From positions 3,704,232-3,736,231 of the forward strand of contig NZ_CM001976.1 of the NCBI RefSeq assembly GCF_000406145.1: DNA of 32,000 nt, given 5' to 3'. A program made the translations under genes and the position numbers. Below are positions 1 to 8,661 of the stretch, in pieces (the first letter of the stretch is position 1; each line of letters opens with the position of its first letter). The notes beneath the pieces are model-generated. The model was not told where the DNA came from. It did no database searches and saw only the letters and a program-made list of their open reading frames with translations. The DNA is from Dickeya dadantii NCPPB 898 (GTDB lineage: Bacteria; Pseudomonadota; Gammaproteobacteria; Enterobacterales; Enterobacteriaceae).

Positions 1-203
1 GCCGCCAGCAACTGGGCGGGCGTGGCGTCCGGCTGCCCCAGTTCCTGACGCGCTAGCGTCAGCGCCGCGGCGATCTCCTGGTCGCGCTCCGCCTGCGCCA
101 CCGCGTCGGCCAGACGCGCGCGGGCGTACGGGAATAATACATTGTGCACAAAGCGAATATCACTGGTGGTGCCTTCAATATCGGTGACAATTGCGTTAAT
201 CAT
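1..203 (-). CDS. mtnC: Enolase-phosphatase E1 of methionine salvage, N-terminal fragment (gene continues beyond window start)
   Basis: Reverse-strand translation from ATG at 203..201 gives [32 protein letters not shown]..., the conserved HAD-type N-terminus of enterobacterial MtnC. The start overlaps the mtnB stop as ATGA (200..203). Confidence 0.85.
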   Translation of the reverse strand, partial: MINAIVTDIEGTTSDIRFVHNVLFPYARARLADAVAQAERDQEIAAALTLARQELGQPDATPAQLLA

Positions 204-814
204 TTCGCCTCCAGCACGCGTCGTTGCAGTTCGCACTGGAACAGGAATTCCAGCCCTTCCAGATGACGGCGGGCCTCGTTAACGTCATTGCCCCAGCAGT
301 ACAGACCGTGCCCACGCACCAGAAAGCCGTAGCGCAGCGCCGTCGTCTCATGACGGGCCGCCACCCGCTCAGCCAGCGCCGAAATATCCTGATCGTTGTC
401 GAAAATCGGGATCGCCACCCGCTCCAAATGGGTGCGCTGGCCGCTCAGCGACTTCTGCATTTCATAGCCTTCAAGCACCAGCGCGTCGCTTTTCTCCACC
501 CGCGACAGTACCGTGGCGTTGACCGAATGGGTATGCAGCACCGCCCCCACCGCCGGCAACAAGCGATATAGCAGCGTATGCAGCCCGGTTTCCGCCGACG
601 GCGTGCGGCCGCTCGGCACGTGATTGGTGGCGATATCGACCAACAGGAAGTCTTCCGCACTCAGGCTGCCTTTGTCTTTGCCGGATTCGGTAATCAGGCA
701 CTGCCGTTCATCAAGGTGAACAGACATGTTGCCGCCCGTCGCCGGGCACCAGCCTTTCTCGCCAATCCAGTGGCAGGCCGCCATCAGCGCGGCCAGTTGT
801 GGAGTCTCACTCAT
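200..814 (-). CDS. mtnB: Methylthioribulose-1-phosphate dehydratase (class II aldolase/adducin fold)
   Basis: The 204-aa ORF reads [31 protein letters not shown]...LHTHS...GHGLYCWG, typical MtnB motifs. AGGA lies 6-7 nt upstream of the ATG on the minus strand. It is followed by mtnC with a 4-nt overlap. Confidence 0.9.
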   Translation of the reverse strand: MSETPQLAALMAACHWIGEKGWCPATGGNMSVHLDERQCLITESGKDKGSLSAEDFLLVDIATNHVPSGRTPSAETGLHTLLYRLLPAVGAVLHTHSVNATVLSRVEKSDALVLEGYEMQKSLSGQRTHLERVAIPIFDNDQDISALAERVAARHETTALRYGFLVRGHGLYCWGNDVNEARRHLEGLEFLFQCELQRRVLEAK

Positions 815-942
815 AAATCATCCTGTACAGGTGAAGGCGTCACGCGGTTATCAACGCTATCTGTTGTCAAACCTACCGTTATCAAACCGACTAATGAGCC
901 TGCTTATTATATTTGATTATGGCTTAGTAGATTACGGAATTT

Positions 943-966
943 AGCCGTTTAAACGTCCAAGCGTCT
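943..966. promoter_or_regulatory. Candidate MetJ operator: three tandem 8-bp met-box-like repeats
   Basis: agccgttt / aaacgtcc / aagcgtct are contiguous 8-mers. Each matches the met-box consensus AGACGTCT at 6 of 8 positions. They end 3 bp upstream of the predicted -35 of the ybdL-yafV promoter. Confidence 0.35.
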
Positions 967-969
967 TGA

Positions 970-998
970 TTGCCAAATACTAGCATCCTGTATATAGT
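970..998 (+). promoter_or_regulatory. Predicted sigma70 promoter for ybdL-yafV
   Basis: TTGCCA (970..975), a 17-nt spacer, then TATAGT (993..998), about 38 nt upstream of the ATG at 1036. Confidence 0.5.
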
Positions 999-1035
999 GG
1001 CAGCAATAACAGGCTTGCAGGAGTCCTTTTCAGCC

Positions 1036-2193
1036 ATGAGCGCCGCATTGATCCCCGACAGCAAACTCCCTTCCCTCGGCACCACCATTTTTACCCAGAT
1101 GAGCGCACTGGCACAGCAGCACCAGGCGATCAACCTGTCGCAAGGCTTCCCGGATTTTGACGGCCCCGACTACCTGAAACAGCGTCTGGCTCATCACGTC
1201 AGTCAGGGTGCCAATCAATACGCGCCGATGACCGGCGTGGCGCCGCTGCGTCAGGCGATTGCGGAAAAGACCGCGGCGCTGTATGGCTGGCAACCGGACG
1301 CCGATAGCGAAGTCACGGTTACCGCCGGCGCCACCGAGGCGCTATTCGCTGCCATCAGCGCACTGGTGCGGCCGGGCGATGAAGTGATCTGCCTTGATCC
1401 CAGCTACGACAGTTACGCGCCGGCGGTGCAACTGGCCGGCGGCGTGCTGAAGCGAATCGCCCTGCAACCGCCGGCGTTTCGCGTTGATTGGGCGGCGTTC
1501 GGCGACTTACTGAACGATCGTACCCGGCTGGTGATCGTCAACACGCCGCATAATCCGTCCGCCACCGTCTGGCAGCAGGAGGATTTCCGCCAGCTGTGGC
1601 AGGCCATCGCCAGCCGCCCTATTTATGTGCTGAGCGACGAAGTGTACGAGCACATCTGCTTTGCCGCCGACGGCCACGCCAGCGTGCTGGCGCACCCGGA
1701 ACTGCGCCAGCGTGCCATTGCCGTGTCCTCCTTCGGTAAAACCTATCACATGACCGGCTGGAAGGTGGGCTATTGCGTCGCACCGGCGCCGCTCAGCGCC
1801 GAGCTGCGCAAGGTTCATCAGTACCTGACGTTTGCCGTCAACACGCCGGCCCAACTGGCGATTGCCGACATGTTGCAACACCAGTCGCAGCACTGGCGTG
1901 AACTGCCGGACTTTTATCGCGCCAAACGCGACCGCTTCGTTAACGCGCTGGCAGCCAGCCGGCTGGAGATTCTGCCCTGCGAAGGTACCTACTTTCTGCT
2001 GGCGGACTATCGCGCCATTTCCGCACAGGATGACGCCAGTTTCTGCCGCTGGCTGACCGAACACGTCGGCGTAGCGGCGATCCCACTGTCTGTTTTCTGC
2101 GCAGCCCCCTTCCCTCATACGCTGATTCGGTTATGCTTTGCCAAACAGGAATCAACCCTGGATGCTGCCGCGGAGCGTTTATGTCAACTTTAA
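1036..2193 (+). CDS. ybdL: PLP-dependent methionine/glutamine aminotransferase, YbdL-like
   Basis: From M23 of the ORF the protein (MSAALIPDSKLPSLGTTIFTQMSALAQQHQAINLSQGFPDFDGP...SSFGKTYHMTGWKVGYCVAP...) is near-colinear with E. coli YbdL as I recall it. AGGAG lies at 1019..1023. The upstream 22 codons of the track ORF overlap the promoter and are rejected. Confidence 0.9.
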   Translation: MSAALIPDSKLPSLGTTIFTQMSALAQQHQAINLSQGFPDFDGPDYLKQRLAHHVSQGANQYAPMTGVAPLRQAIAEKTAALYGWQPDADSEVTVTAGATEALFAAISALVRPGDEVICLDPSYDSYAPAVQLAGGVLKRIALQPPAFRVDWAAFGDLLNDRTRLVIVNTPHNPSATVWQQEDFRQLWQAIASRPIYVLSDEVYEHICFAADGHASVLAHPELRQRAIAVSSFGKTYHMTGWKVGYCVAPAPLSAELRKVHQYLTFAVNTPAQLAIADMLQHQSQHWRELPDFYRAKRDRFVNALAASRLEILPCEGTYFLLADYRAISAQDDASFCRWLTEHVGVAAIPLSVFCAAPFPHTLIRLCFAKQESTLDAAAERLCQL

Positions 2194-2948
2194 AGGTCAC
2201 CCTGTTACAACAGCCGTTGGTATGGATGGACGGCCCTGCCAACCTCAGTCATTTCGACAACCTGCTGGGCGAGATGACCGGCCGCGACCTGATCGTGCTG
2301 CCGGAAATGTTCACCACCGGTTTCGCGATGGAAGCGGCCAAAAGCAGTCTGGAACAGCATGTGGTGGAAGCCTGGCTGAAACAGTGGGCGCAGCGCAACA
2401 ATGCGCTGGTGGGCGGCAGTGTGGCGGTGCAAACCGGCAAGGGCGCGGTCAACCGTTTTCTGCTGGCCGACCCGCAGGGACGGGTATACCAATACGACAA
2501 GCGACACCTGTTCCGCATGGCGGGCGAGCATGAGTATTACCAGTCCGGCCAGACGCGGGAAATCGTGGAATGGCGCGGCTGGCGTATTCTGCCGCTGATC
2601 TGCTACGACCTGCGCTTCCCGGTGTGGTCCCGCAATCGTCAGGATTATGATCTGGCGCTGTACGTCGCCAACTGGCCGGCGCCGCGCGCGCTGCACTGGA
2701 AAACCCTGCTGGCGGCGCGGGCGATTGAAAATCAGGCCTATGTGGCTGGCTGCAACCGCGTCGGCACCGACGGCAACGGCCACAGCTATCAGGGCGACAG
2801 CCTGATTATCGACGAACAGGGCGCGATTCTGGCCTCGGCCCCCGAGCACCAACCCGCCCGTCTTGACGCCGAACTGTCGCTGGAAGCGCTGCAAAGCTAC
2901 CGTGAAGCTTTTCCCGCCTGGCGCGACGCCGATAAGTTCGGTTTGTAA
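2181..2948 (+). CDS. yafV: Omega-amidase / 2-oxoglutaramate amidase, nitrilase superfamily (YafV-like)
   Basis: MSTLKVTLLQQPLVWMDGPANL...EMFTTGF...WRILPLICYDLRFPVWSRN... is colinear with E. coli YafV, including the Glu/Lys/Cys triad context (CYDLRFP). The ATG at 2181 overlaps the ybdL 3' end by 13 nt. Confidence 0.9.
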   Translation: MSTLKVTLLQQPLVWMDGPANLSHFDNLLGEMTGRDLIVLPEMFTTGFAMEAAKSSLEQHVVEAWLKQWAQRNNALVGGSVAVQTGKGAVNRFLLADPQGRVYQYDKRHLFRMAGEHEYYQSGQTREIVEWRGWRILPLICYDLRFPVWSRNRQDYDLALYVANWPAPRALHWKTLLAARAIENQAYVAGCNRVGTDGNGHSYQGDSLIIDEQGAILASAPEHQPARLDAELSLEALQSYREAFPAWRDADKFGL

Positions 2949-2959
2949 TATTAAGAGTC

Positions 2960-2979
2960 AAGAGCGCTCAGGCGCTCTT
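2960..2979. terminator. GC-rich hairpin between convergent yafV and hpxK (possible bidirectional terminator, no clear U-tract)
   Basis: aagagcgc-tcag-gcgctctt is an 8-bp perfect stem. It lies 12 nt after the yafV stop and 3 nt after the hpxK stop. Confidence 0.4.
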
Positions 2980-2981
2980 AA

Positions 2982-4247
2982 TTACCGATATCCCCACACC
3001 GTCAGCAGCAGCGCCTGCAGCGCCAGCGCCACATCGTCTTCCAGTACCGACTCATCGGGATGGTGGCTGATGCCGCCTTTGCAGCGCATGAACAGCATCC
3101 CCACCGGCCAACGTTCGGCGATGGCGATGGCGTCATGGCCGGCGCCACTCGGCAGCGACAGGTTGTCGCCCTGCACCTGCGTCACCGCAGCGGACAGCCG
3201 CTGTTGCAGTTCATCGTCGCAACGGGTGGCGGCGATGCGGTAATACTCGTCGGCGCTGAACGCGCAGCCGCGCTGCATGGCGATGTCCTGCGCCAGCGTC
3301 AGCAGCCGTTGCAGCAGCGCATCCAGCGGTTTATCTTCCGGGCCGCGAATGTCCAGCGTCAACCGCACTTCGCCGGGAATCACATTGGCCGCGCCGGGCA
3401 GGCACTGCAAGGTGCCGAAAGTCGCCACCAAATAAGGATCGCTGTCACGCGTTATCTGCTCGGCCTGCGTCATCCACGTCGCCGCCGCCGCCAGCGCGTC
3501 CTGCCGCTGCGACATCGGCACCGTGCCGGCATGACCGGCATGACCGGTAAAGGTACAGTTCAGCCGCCGCGCGCCGTTGATGGCGGTCACCACACCCAGC
3601 GCCAGCCCGGCCTGCTCCAGACACGGCCCTTGCTCGATATGCAACTCCAGATAGGCCAGAATATCCGCCGCCGGCCGGGCCGCCTGGGCGATAGCATCCG
3701 GATTCAGCCCGGCCTGCGTCAGCGCCTGCGCCACGGTCACGCCGTTGGCGTCCGGGCGCGACAGCCAGCCGTCGGGCCAGGTGCCGGTCAATCCGCGGCT
3801 ACCGAGCAGCGTGACGTCAAAGCGGGTACCTTCTTCGTCGCCAAAACCGATCACCTCCAGCGCCACCGGCAAGCGTATCCCGTGTTGATTCAGGAACGAC
3901 ACGGTTTCAATCGCCGCCAGCACCCCCAGCATACCGTCGTAACGGCCGGCGTTGCGGACGGTGTCAAGGTGCGACCCCAGCAGCAGCGCCGGCGCGCCCG
4001 GCGTGTTACCTTCATAGCGGCCGCAAATATTGCCGACGCTGTCCTGCCACACGCGCATCCCCGCATCCCGCATCCACTCGCCCGCCTGCTGGTTGGCATG
4101 AAGATGCTGCGGCGACAGATAAACGCGGGTGAGCTGGCCGGCGGTTTCGCTGATGGCCGCCAGCCGATCGCAGCGTGCCATCACCCGGCGAGCCGCCGCC
4201 TGCACGTCGAGATCCGTCATCATGTTTTCCATCAGCGCCTCGCTCAT
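2982..4247 (-). CDS. hpxK: Allantoate amidohydrolase (M20/AllC family)
   Basis: M20 Zn-peptidase motifs are present (GSHLDTV, GFGDEEGTRF, HAGHAGTVPM, SGAGHDA) and the length and colinearity are AllC-like. I chose the start at ATG 4247..4245 because it overlaps the hpxJ stop as ATGA. The longer ORF to 4280 is possible. Confidence 0.85.
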   Translation of the reverse strand: MSEALMENMMTDLDVQAAARRVMARCDRLAAISETAGQLTRVYLSPQHLHANQQAGEWMRDAGMRVWQDSVGNICGRYEGNTPGAPALLLGSHLDTVRNAGRYDGMLGVLAAIETVSFLNQHGIRLPVALEVIGFGDEEGTRFDVTLLGSRGLTGTWPDGWLSRPDANGVTVAQALTQAGLNPDAIAQAARPAADILAYLELHIEQGPCLEQAGLALGVVTAINGARRLNCTFTGHAGHAGTVPMSQRQDALAAAATWMTQAEQITRDSDPYLVATFGTLQCLPGAANVIPGEVRLTLDIRGPEDKPLDALLQRLLTLAQDIAMQRGCAFSADEYYRIAATRCDDELQQRLSAAVTQVQGDNLSLPSGAGHDAIAIAERWPVGMLFMRCKGGISHHPDESVLEDDVALALQALLLTVWGYR

Positions 4248-5488
4248 GCCGGCGCCCGTGCGGCATCGTACACATCCCATGCCGCCTGCAACGCCGCGCC
4301 CTGCGCGGAGCGAAAACCGAGACGGTTCAACACCGCTTCCAGCGCGGTCAGCGTTTGCATCACGCAGTCTTTGCGGGCGTTGTAACCCATGGTGCCGACG
4401 CGCCAGATCTTGCCCTGCAACGGCCCAAACGAGGTGCCGATCTCAATGGCGAAATCCTCCAGCAGCAGCTTGCGCACCTGCTCGCCGTGGATCCCCTGCG
4501 GGATCACCACGCCCAGCACGTTGCTCATCTTATTGGCGATATCGCCGTAAGGCTGTAACCCCATACCTTCGATGCCGGCCAGCAGCGCGCGGCCGTGTAA
4601 CTGATGGCGAGCGATGCACGCGTCCAGCCCTTCTTCCAGAATCACGCGGGCGCACTCGCGGGCGGCGAACAACATGCTGGTGGCTTCGGTATGGTGGTTC
4701 AACCGCTCCGGTCCCCAGTAATCCATGATCATGCCGAGGTCGAAGTAGTTGGAGTAAATCATTTCATCGTCGCCGTCCTGATGGTCGGTGGTGCGGATCC
4801 CCTGCTCCACGCATTTACGCTGGCGAATCACCGCTTCCATACGCGAGCTGAGGGTCACCGGTGAGCTGCCGGACGGCCCGCCCAGACATTTCTGCAACCC
4901 GGCGGACACCGCATCCAGCCCCCAGGCGTCGGTTTCCAGCGGGTTGCCGCCGAACGAAGCGGTGGCGTCGGTGTAAAACAGTACGTCATGACGACGGCAG
5001 ATAGCGCCCAGCTCCGCCAGCGGCTGCAGCATGGTCGTCGACGTGTCGCCCTGCACGGTCAGCAACAGGCGCGGTTTCACCCGCTTGATGGCGTCTTCTA
5101 TCTGATCCGGCGTAAATACCTCGCCCCACGGCACCTCGATGGTGTGCACATCGGCACGGCAGCGGCGGGCAATCTCGCACAGCAGGTGGCCGAAGCGGCC
5201 GAACACCGGCACCAGCACCCGATCGCCGGGGCGGATCGCCGACACCAGAATCGCCTCGATGCCGGCGCGGGACGTGCCGTCCACCAGCATCGTCCAGCGG
5301 TTATCGGTGCGGAACAATTGACGATACAGCGCCATCACCTGATTCATGTACCCGGTCATTGCCGGGTCATACTGCCCGACCAGTTGGCTGGCCATCGCGC
5401 GCAGTACGCGCGGGTCGGCGTTGATCGGGCCAGGCCCCATGAGCAGACGATGGGGCGGATTGATCTGCGCAAACAGGTCGTTATGCAT
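4244..5488 (-). CDS. hpxJ: Class V aminotransferase, (S)-ureidoglycine--glyoxylate aminotransferase type (PucG/HpxJ-like)
   Basis: The 414-aa ORF reads LLMGPGPINADPRVLRAM...SAGLQKCLGGPSG..., with the serine-pyruvate/AGXT-family PLP lysine context. AGGAG precedes the ATG. It is coupled to the allantoate amidohydrolase. Confidence 0.85.
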   Translation of the reverse strand: MHNDLFAQINPPHRLLMGPGPINADPRVLRAMASQLVGQYDPAMTGYMNQVMALYRQLFRTDNRWTMLVDGTSRAGIEAILVSAIRPGDRVLVPVFGRFGHLLCEIARRCRADVHTIEVPWGEVFTPDQIEDAIKRVKPRLLLTVQGDTSTTMLQPLAELGAICRRHDVLFYTDATASFGGNPLETDAWGLDAVSAGLQKCLGGPSGSSPVTLSSRMEAVIRQRKCVEQGIRTTDHQDGDDEMIYSNYFDLGMIMDYWGPERLNHHTEATSMLFAARECARVILEEGLDACIARHQLHGRALLAGIEGMGLQPYGDIANKMSNVLGVVIPQGIHGEQVRKLLLEDFAIEIGTSFGPLQGKIWRVGTMGYNARKDCVMQTLTALEAVLNRLGFRSAQGAALQAAWDVYDAARAPA

Positions 5489-5551
5489 GTGATGAACTCC
5501 TGATATCCTTAAATAACATTAAAATCGTAATGGCTTGTACGGCTCGCGGCG

Positions 5552-6283
5552 CTACAGCCGCACCGAGGCGATAAACTGTTTCAGCTCGGCGGTCTGCGGG
5601 TTGGCGAACAGTTCATCGCCCTTACCTTGCTCCCACACCTTGCCCTGATGCATGAACACCACCCGGTCGCCCACTTCGCGGGCGAAATTCATTTCGTGGG
5701 TGACCAGAATCAACGTCATGCCCTCAGCCGCCAGTTGTTCCAGCACCTTCAGCACTTCGCCGACCAGTTCTGGGTCCAGCGCGGAGGTGATCTCATCGCA
5801 CAGCAACACCTTCGGGTTCATCGCCAGCGCGCGGGCGATCGCCACCCGCTGCTGCTGGCCGCCGGACAGGCTCGACGGGTAGTAATCGATACGCTCGCCC
5901 AGCCCGACTTTTTCCAGCATTTTCACGCCCAGCTCGCGGCATTCGGCGGCGTTTTTACCCAGCACCAGCTTGGGCGCCAGCATCACGTTTTCCAGCGCGG
6001 TCATGTGCGGGAACAGGTTGAAATTCTGAAAAATCATGCCGATAGAGCGGCTGATTTCCCGCGCCTGCGAGTCGCGGTCGGTTACGGTTATACCACCGAG
6101 CTTGATGCTGCCGTCCTGATAACCTTCCAGCCCGTTAATGCAGCGCAGCAGAGTGCTTTTACCGGAGCCGCTGCGGCCGATGATGGAGATCACTTCGCCC
6201 GCATCAACATCCAGATCCACCCCTTTCAGCACGTGGTTCTGGCCGTAATATTTATGGACCTGATTAATGGTGATGAGCGGCAT
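5552..6283 (-). CDS. hpxI: ABC transporter ATP-binding protein, polar amino-acid (HisP/GlnQ) type
   Basis: Walker A GRSGSGKST, signature LSGGQQQRVAIARAL, Walker B LLCDEITSALD and an H-loop are present. Symbol assigned by position in the Klebsiella hpxFGHIJK order (from memory). Confidence 0.9.
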   Translation of the reverse strand: MPLITINQVHKYYGQNHVLKGVDLDVDAGEVISIIGRSGSGKSTLLRCINGLEGYQDGSIKLGGITVTDRDSQAREISRSIGMIFQNFNLFPHMTALENVMLAPKLVLGKNAAECRELGVKMLEKVGLGERIDYYPSSLSGGQQQRVAIARALAMNPKVLLCDEITSALDPELVGEVLKVLEQLAAEGMTLILVTHEMNFAREVGDRVVFMHQGKVWEQGKGDELFANPQTAELKQFIASVRL

Positions 6284-6920
6284 TGAATTTCTTCTCCAGA
6301 TAACGGCTGTAGTACGACAGCGGGTAACACAGCAGGAAATAGCCCAGCGCTACCAGCCCAAACACCTTGAACGGCTGGAAGGTAACGTTATTGAGCATGG
6401 TGCCGGCCTTGGTCAGTTCGACGAAACCGATGATCGACGCCAGCGCGGTGCCCTTGATCACCTGCACCGAAAAGCCGACCGTCGGCGCGATGGCGATACG
6501 CATCGCCTGCGGCGCGATCACCCGGGTCAGCGTCTGCGTGAAGCTCAGCCCCAGGCAGCGGCAGGCTTCCCACTGCCCTTTCGGCAACGCCTGCACGCTG
6601 CCGTGCCAGATATCCAGCAGAAACGCGCTGGTAAACAGCGTCAACGCCAGCGCGGCGGCGGTCCACGGGCTGACGTCGATGCCGAACAGCCCCAGCCCGA
6701 AAAACGCCAGAAACAGCTGCATCAGCAGCGGCGTGCCCTGAAACACATCGGCGTACAGCCGGGTCAGACGCAGCGGCCACCGCCGTTTGGTCAGGCGCAG
6801 CAGCAACAGCGGCAACGTGACCAGCCCGCCGCCGAAAAACGCCGCCAGCGACAGCAGTACCGTCCAGCGCCCGGCCAGCAGCAGGTTGCGCACAATATCC
6901 CAGTCAGTAAACGTCATCAT
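6264..6920 (-). CDS. hpxH: ABC transporter permease (HisM/HisQ-type)
   Basis: A 218-aa polytopic membrane protein with the EAA-like loop (...QWEACRCLGLSFTQTLTRVIAPQA...). Its 3' end overlaps the start of the downstream ATPase gene (hpxI) by 20 nt. Confidence 0.85.
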   Translation of the reverse strand: MMTFTDWDIVRNLLLAGRWTVLLSLAAFFGGGLVTLPLLLLRLTKRRWPLRLTRLYADVFQGTPLLMQLFLAFFGLGLFGIDVSPWTAAALALTLFTSAFLLDIWHGSVQALPKGQWEACRCLGLSFTQTLTRVIAPQAMRIAIAPTVGFSVQVIKGTALASIIGFVELTKAGTMLNNVTFQPFKVFGLVALGYFLLCYPLSYYSRYLEKKFNAAHHH

Positions 6921-7585
6921 CAGCGCGGCGTCCCCAGAAAGCGTCGCCCGGCCAGCAACAGCAACTGACGCATCAACATCGACAGCGCCAGATAGCAGAG
7001 CGTGGTCACCAGATACACCTCAAAGCTGAGGAAGGTCCGGGACTGAATTAAATTGGCGGCGAAAGTCAGCTCTTCGAACGACACCTGCGATACCACGGAC
7101 GAACCGAGCATCACGATGATGCACTGACTGACCAGCGCCGGATAAATCCGTTGCAGCGCGGGCGGCAAAATCACCCGCGTGAACGTCTGGGCGCGCGACA
7201 GCCCCAGCACCCGCGCGGCTTCCCACTGGCCTTTCGGCGTCACCTGAATACCGGCGCGGATAATTTCCGTGCTGTAAGCCCCCAGGTTGACCAGCATCGC
7301 CAGCAGGGCGGCCTGCCCGGCGGTGAGCTTAAGCCCCAGCCCCGGCAGACCGAACACGATGAAAAACAGTTGCACCACAAATGGCGTATTGCGGATCGCC
7401 TCGACGTACAGGCCCCACAGGCGGCTGACGACGGTCGGTTTACCGCTACGCAATGCCGCGCCGCAAATGCCGATGGCGATCCCGCCGATCGTCGCCATCG
7501 TCGTCAGTTGCACGGTGACCCACAGGCCGGCCAGTAACTCCGGCCAGTAAGGCCACAGCGCCGCGAAATGAAGCTGATAAGTCAT
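6920..7585 (-). CDS. hpxG: ABC transporter permease (HisQ/HisM-type)
   Basis: A 221-aa membrane protein with the EAA loop (...QWEAARVLGLSRAQTFTRVILPPA...). Its stop overlaps the next gene's start by 1 nt. Confidence 0.85.
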   Translation of the reverse strand: MTYQLHFAALWPYWPELLAGLWVTVQLTTMATIGGIAIGICGAALRSGKPTVVSRLWGLYVEAIRNTPFVVQLFFIVFGLPGLGLKLTAGQAALLAMLVNLGAYSTEIIRAGIQVTPKGQWEAARVLGLSRAQTFTRVILPPALQRIYPALVSQCIIVMLGSSVVSQVSFEELTFAANLIQSRTFLSFEVYLVTTLCYLALSMLMRQLLLLAGRRFLGTPR

Positions 7586-7594
7586 GGCGTATCC

Positions 7595-8386
7595 TTACGC
7601 GCCCAGATTGGCCGGCAGCGGCGCTTTCAACCATTTCTCGGACAGGCCGTTGAGCGTGTTGTCCTTAACGGCTTTTTCAATCAATTCGTCGATTTTCGCC
7701 TTCAGCGCCGGCTCGTCCTTCTTCAGGCCGATGTAGCAAGGCGAGTCTTTCAGCATGAATTTCGCCACCGGCGCTTTGGCCGGGTTCTTCTCGGCAATCG
7801 CCGCAATCACCAGATTACCGGTGGCGATATACTGCACCTGCCCGGACAGATAGGCCGACAGCGTGGTGTTGTTGTCTTCATAGCGCTTGATGTCGGCGGT
7901 TTTAGGCGCAGTCTCGGTCAGCACCATGTCTTCCACCGCGCCGCGCGTCACGCCGACGGTTTTGCCCTGCAACGCCTCCGGCGCGCCGACATCGGTGTCT
8001 TTCGGACCAAACACACCAAGGAAGAACGGCGCGTAGGCGCGGCTGAAATCGATCACTTTTTCACGTTCGGCGTTTTTACCCAGGCTGGAAATCACCAAAT
8101 CCACCTTATCGGTCTGCAAATACGGCACGCGGTTGGCACTGGTCACCGGCACCAGCTGCAACTTTAGTTTCATCTCGCTGGCCAGATAGCGCGCCATGTC
8201 GATGTCGTACCCCTGCGGCTGCAAATCGGTGCCGACCGAGCCGAACGGCGGGAAGTCCTGCGGCACAGCGACACGCAACACGCCGCGTTTCTGGATATCC
8301 TGCAACTGGTCCGCCATTACCTGTCCGGCCTGAACCATCAACAGTGCTGCACCAACTACCGCCAAAAAACGTTTTCCGATCTTCAT
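7595..8386 (-). CDS. hpxF: Periplasmic substrate-binding protein, family 3 (polar amino-acid type)
   Basis: From ATG 8386 the protein begins MKIGKRFLAVVGAALLMVQAGQVMA/DQ, a clear Sec signal peptide, followed by an SBP_bac_3-like body. The upstream 15 codons of the track ORF lack a signal-peptide context. Confidence 0.85.
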   Translation of the reverse strand: MKIGKRFLAVVGAALLMVQAGQVMADQLQDIQKRGVLRVAVPQDFPPFGSVGTDLQPQGYDIDMARYLASEMKLKLQLVPVTSANRVPYLQTDKVDLVISSLGKNAEREKVIDFSRAYAPFFLGVFGPKDTDVGAPEALQGKTVGVTRGAVEDMVLTETAPKTADIKRYEDNNTTLSAYLSGQVQYIATGNLVIAAIAEKNPAKAPVAKFMLKDSPCYIGLKKDEPALKAKIDELIEKAVKDNTLNGLSEKWLKAPLPANLGA

Positions 8387-8464
8387 TGCTGTGCCCCCAG
8401 TTAAGTTAGTTTGAAACCAAAGATTCTTCAATAAGAATATTGAAACCTTCGTTGCAAATAAAAA

Positions 8465-8480
8465 AGCAAAATGCGTGCCA
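8465..8480 (-). promoter_or_regulatory. Sigma54 (-24/-12) promoter for hpxFGHIJK
   Basis: The minus strand reads TGGCACGCATTTTGCT, a full match to the TGGCAC-N5-TTGCW consensus with correct GG-N10-GC spacing. It lies about 80 nt upstream of the hpxF ATG. Confidence 0.7.
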
Positions 8481-8661
8481 GATATCCGGCTAGCGTTTCG
8501 CTACCGCAGACCGGGGAGGAATTGCGCTGAACCAGGTAAGTACGGGGATTTATTCAGTGGAAGAAAGCGCCCGAATCTCAGTCCGCAGCGCACAATAACA
8601 GGTCATAACAAGAGGAATTTATTGCACCAAAAAAGAACATCCGCACCAGTAAGGCGCGCGA

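Noticed and set aside
970-1035. A 22-codon N-terminal extension of ybdL (start at 970).
   Set aside because: It overlaps the predicted -35/-10. The E. coli-like N-terminus and the AGGAG support ATG 1036.
3060-4385. A 441-aa ORF on the plus strand, antisense to hpxK. Similar long antisense ORFs occur elsewhere (e.g. 5627..6286, 6267..6968, 8686..9414, 11466..12224, 12644..13264, 19638..20486, 22616..23329, 30302..31144).
   Set aside because: These are typical shadow ORFs of high-GC genes. Their composition is Arg/Ala/Gly/Pro/His-rich, with no RBS and no recognisable domains. Each lies opposite a gene with strong homology-like signal and proper start context.
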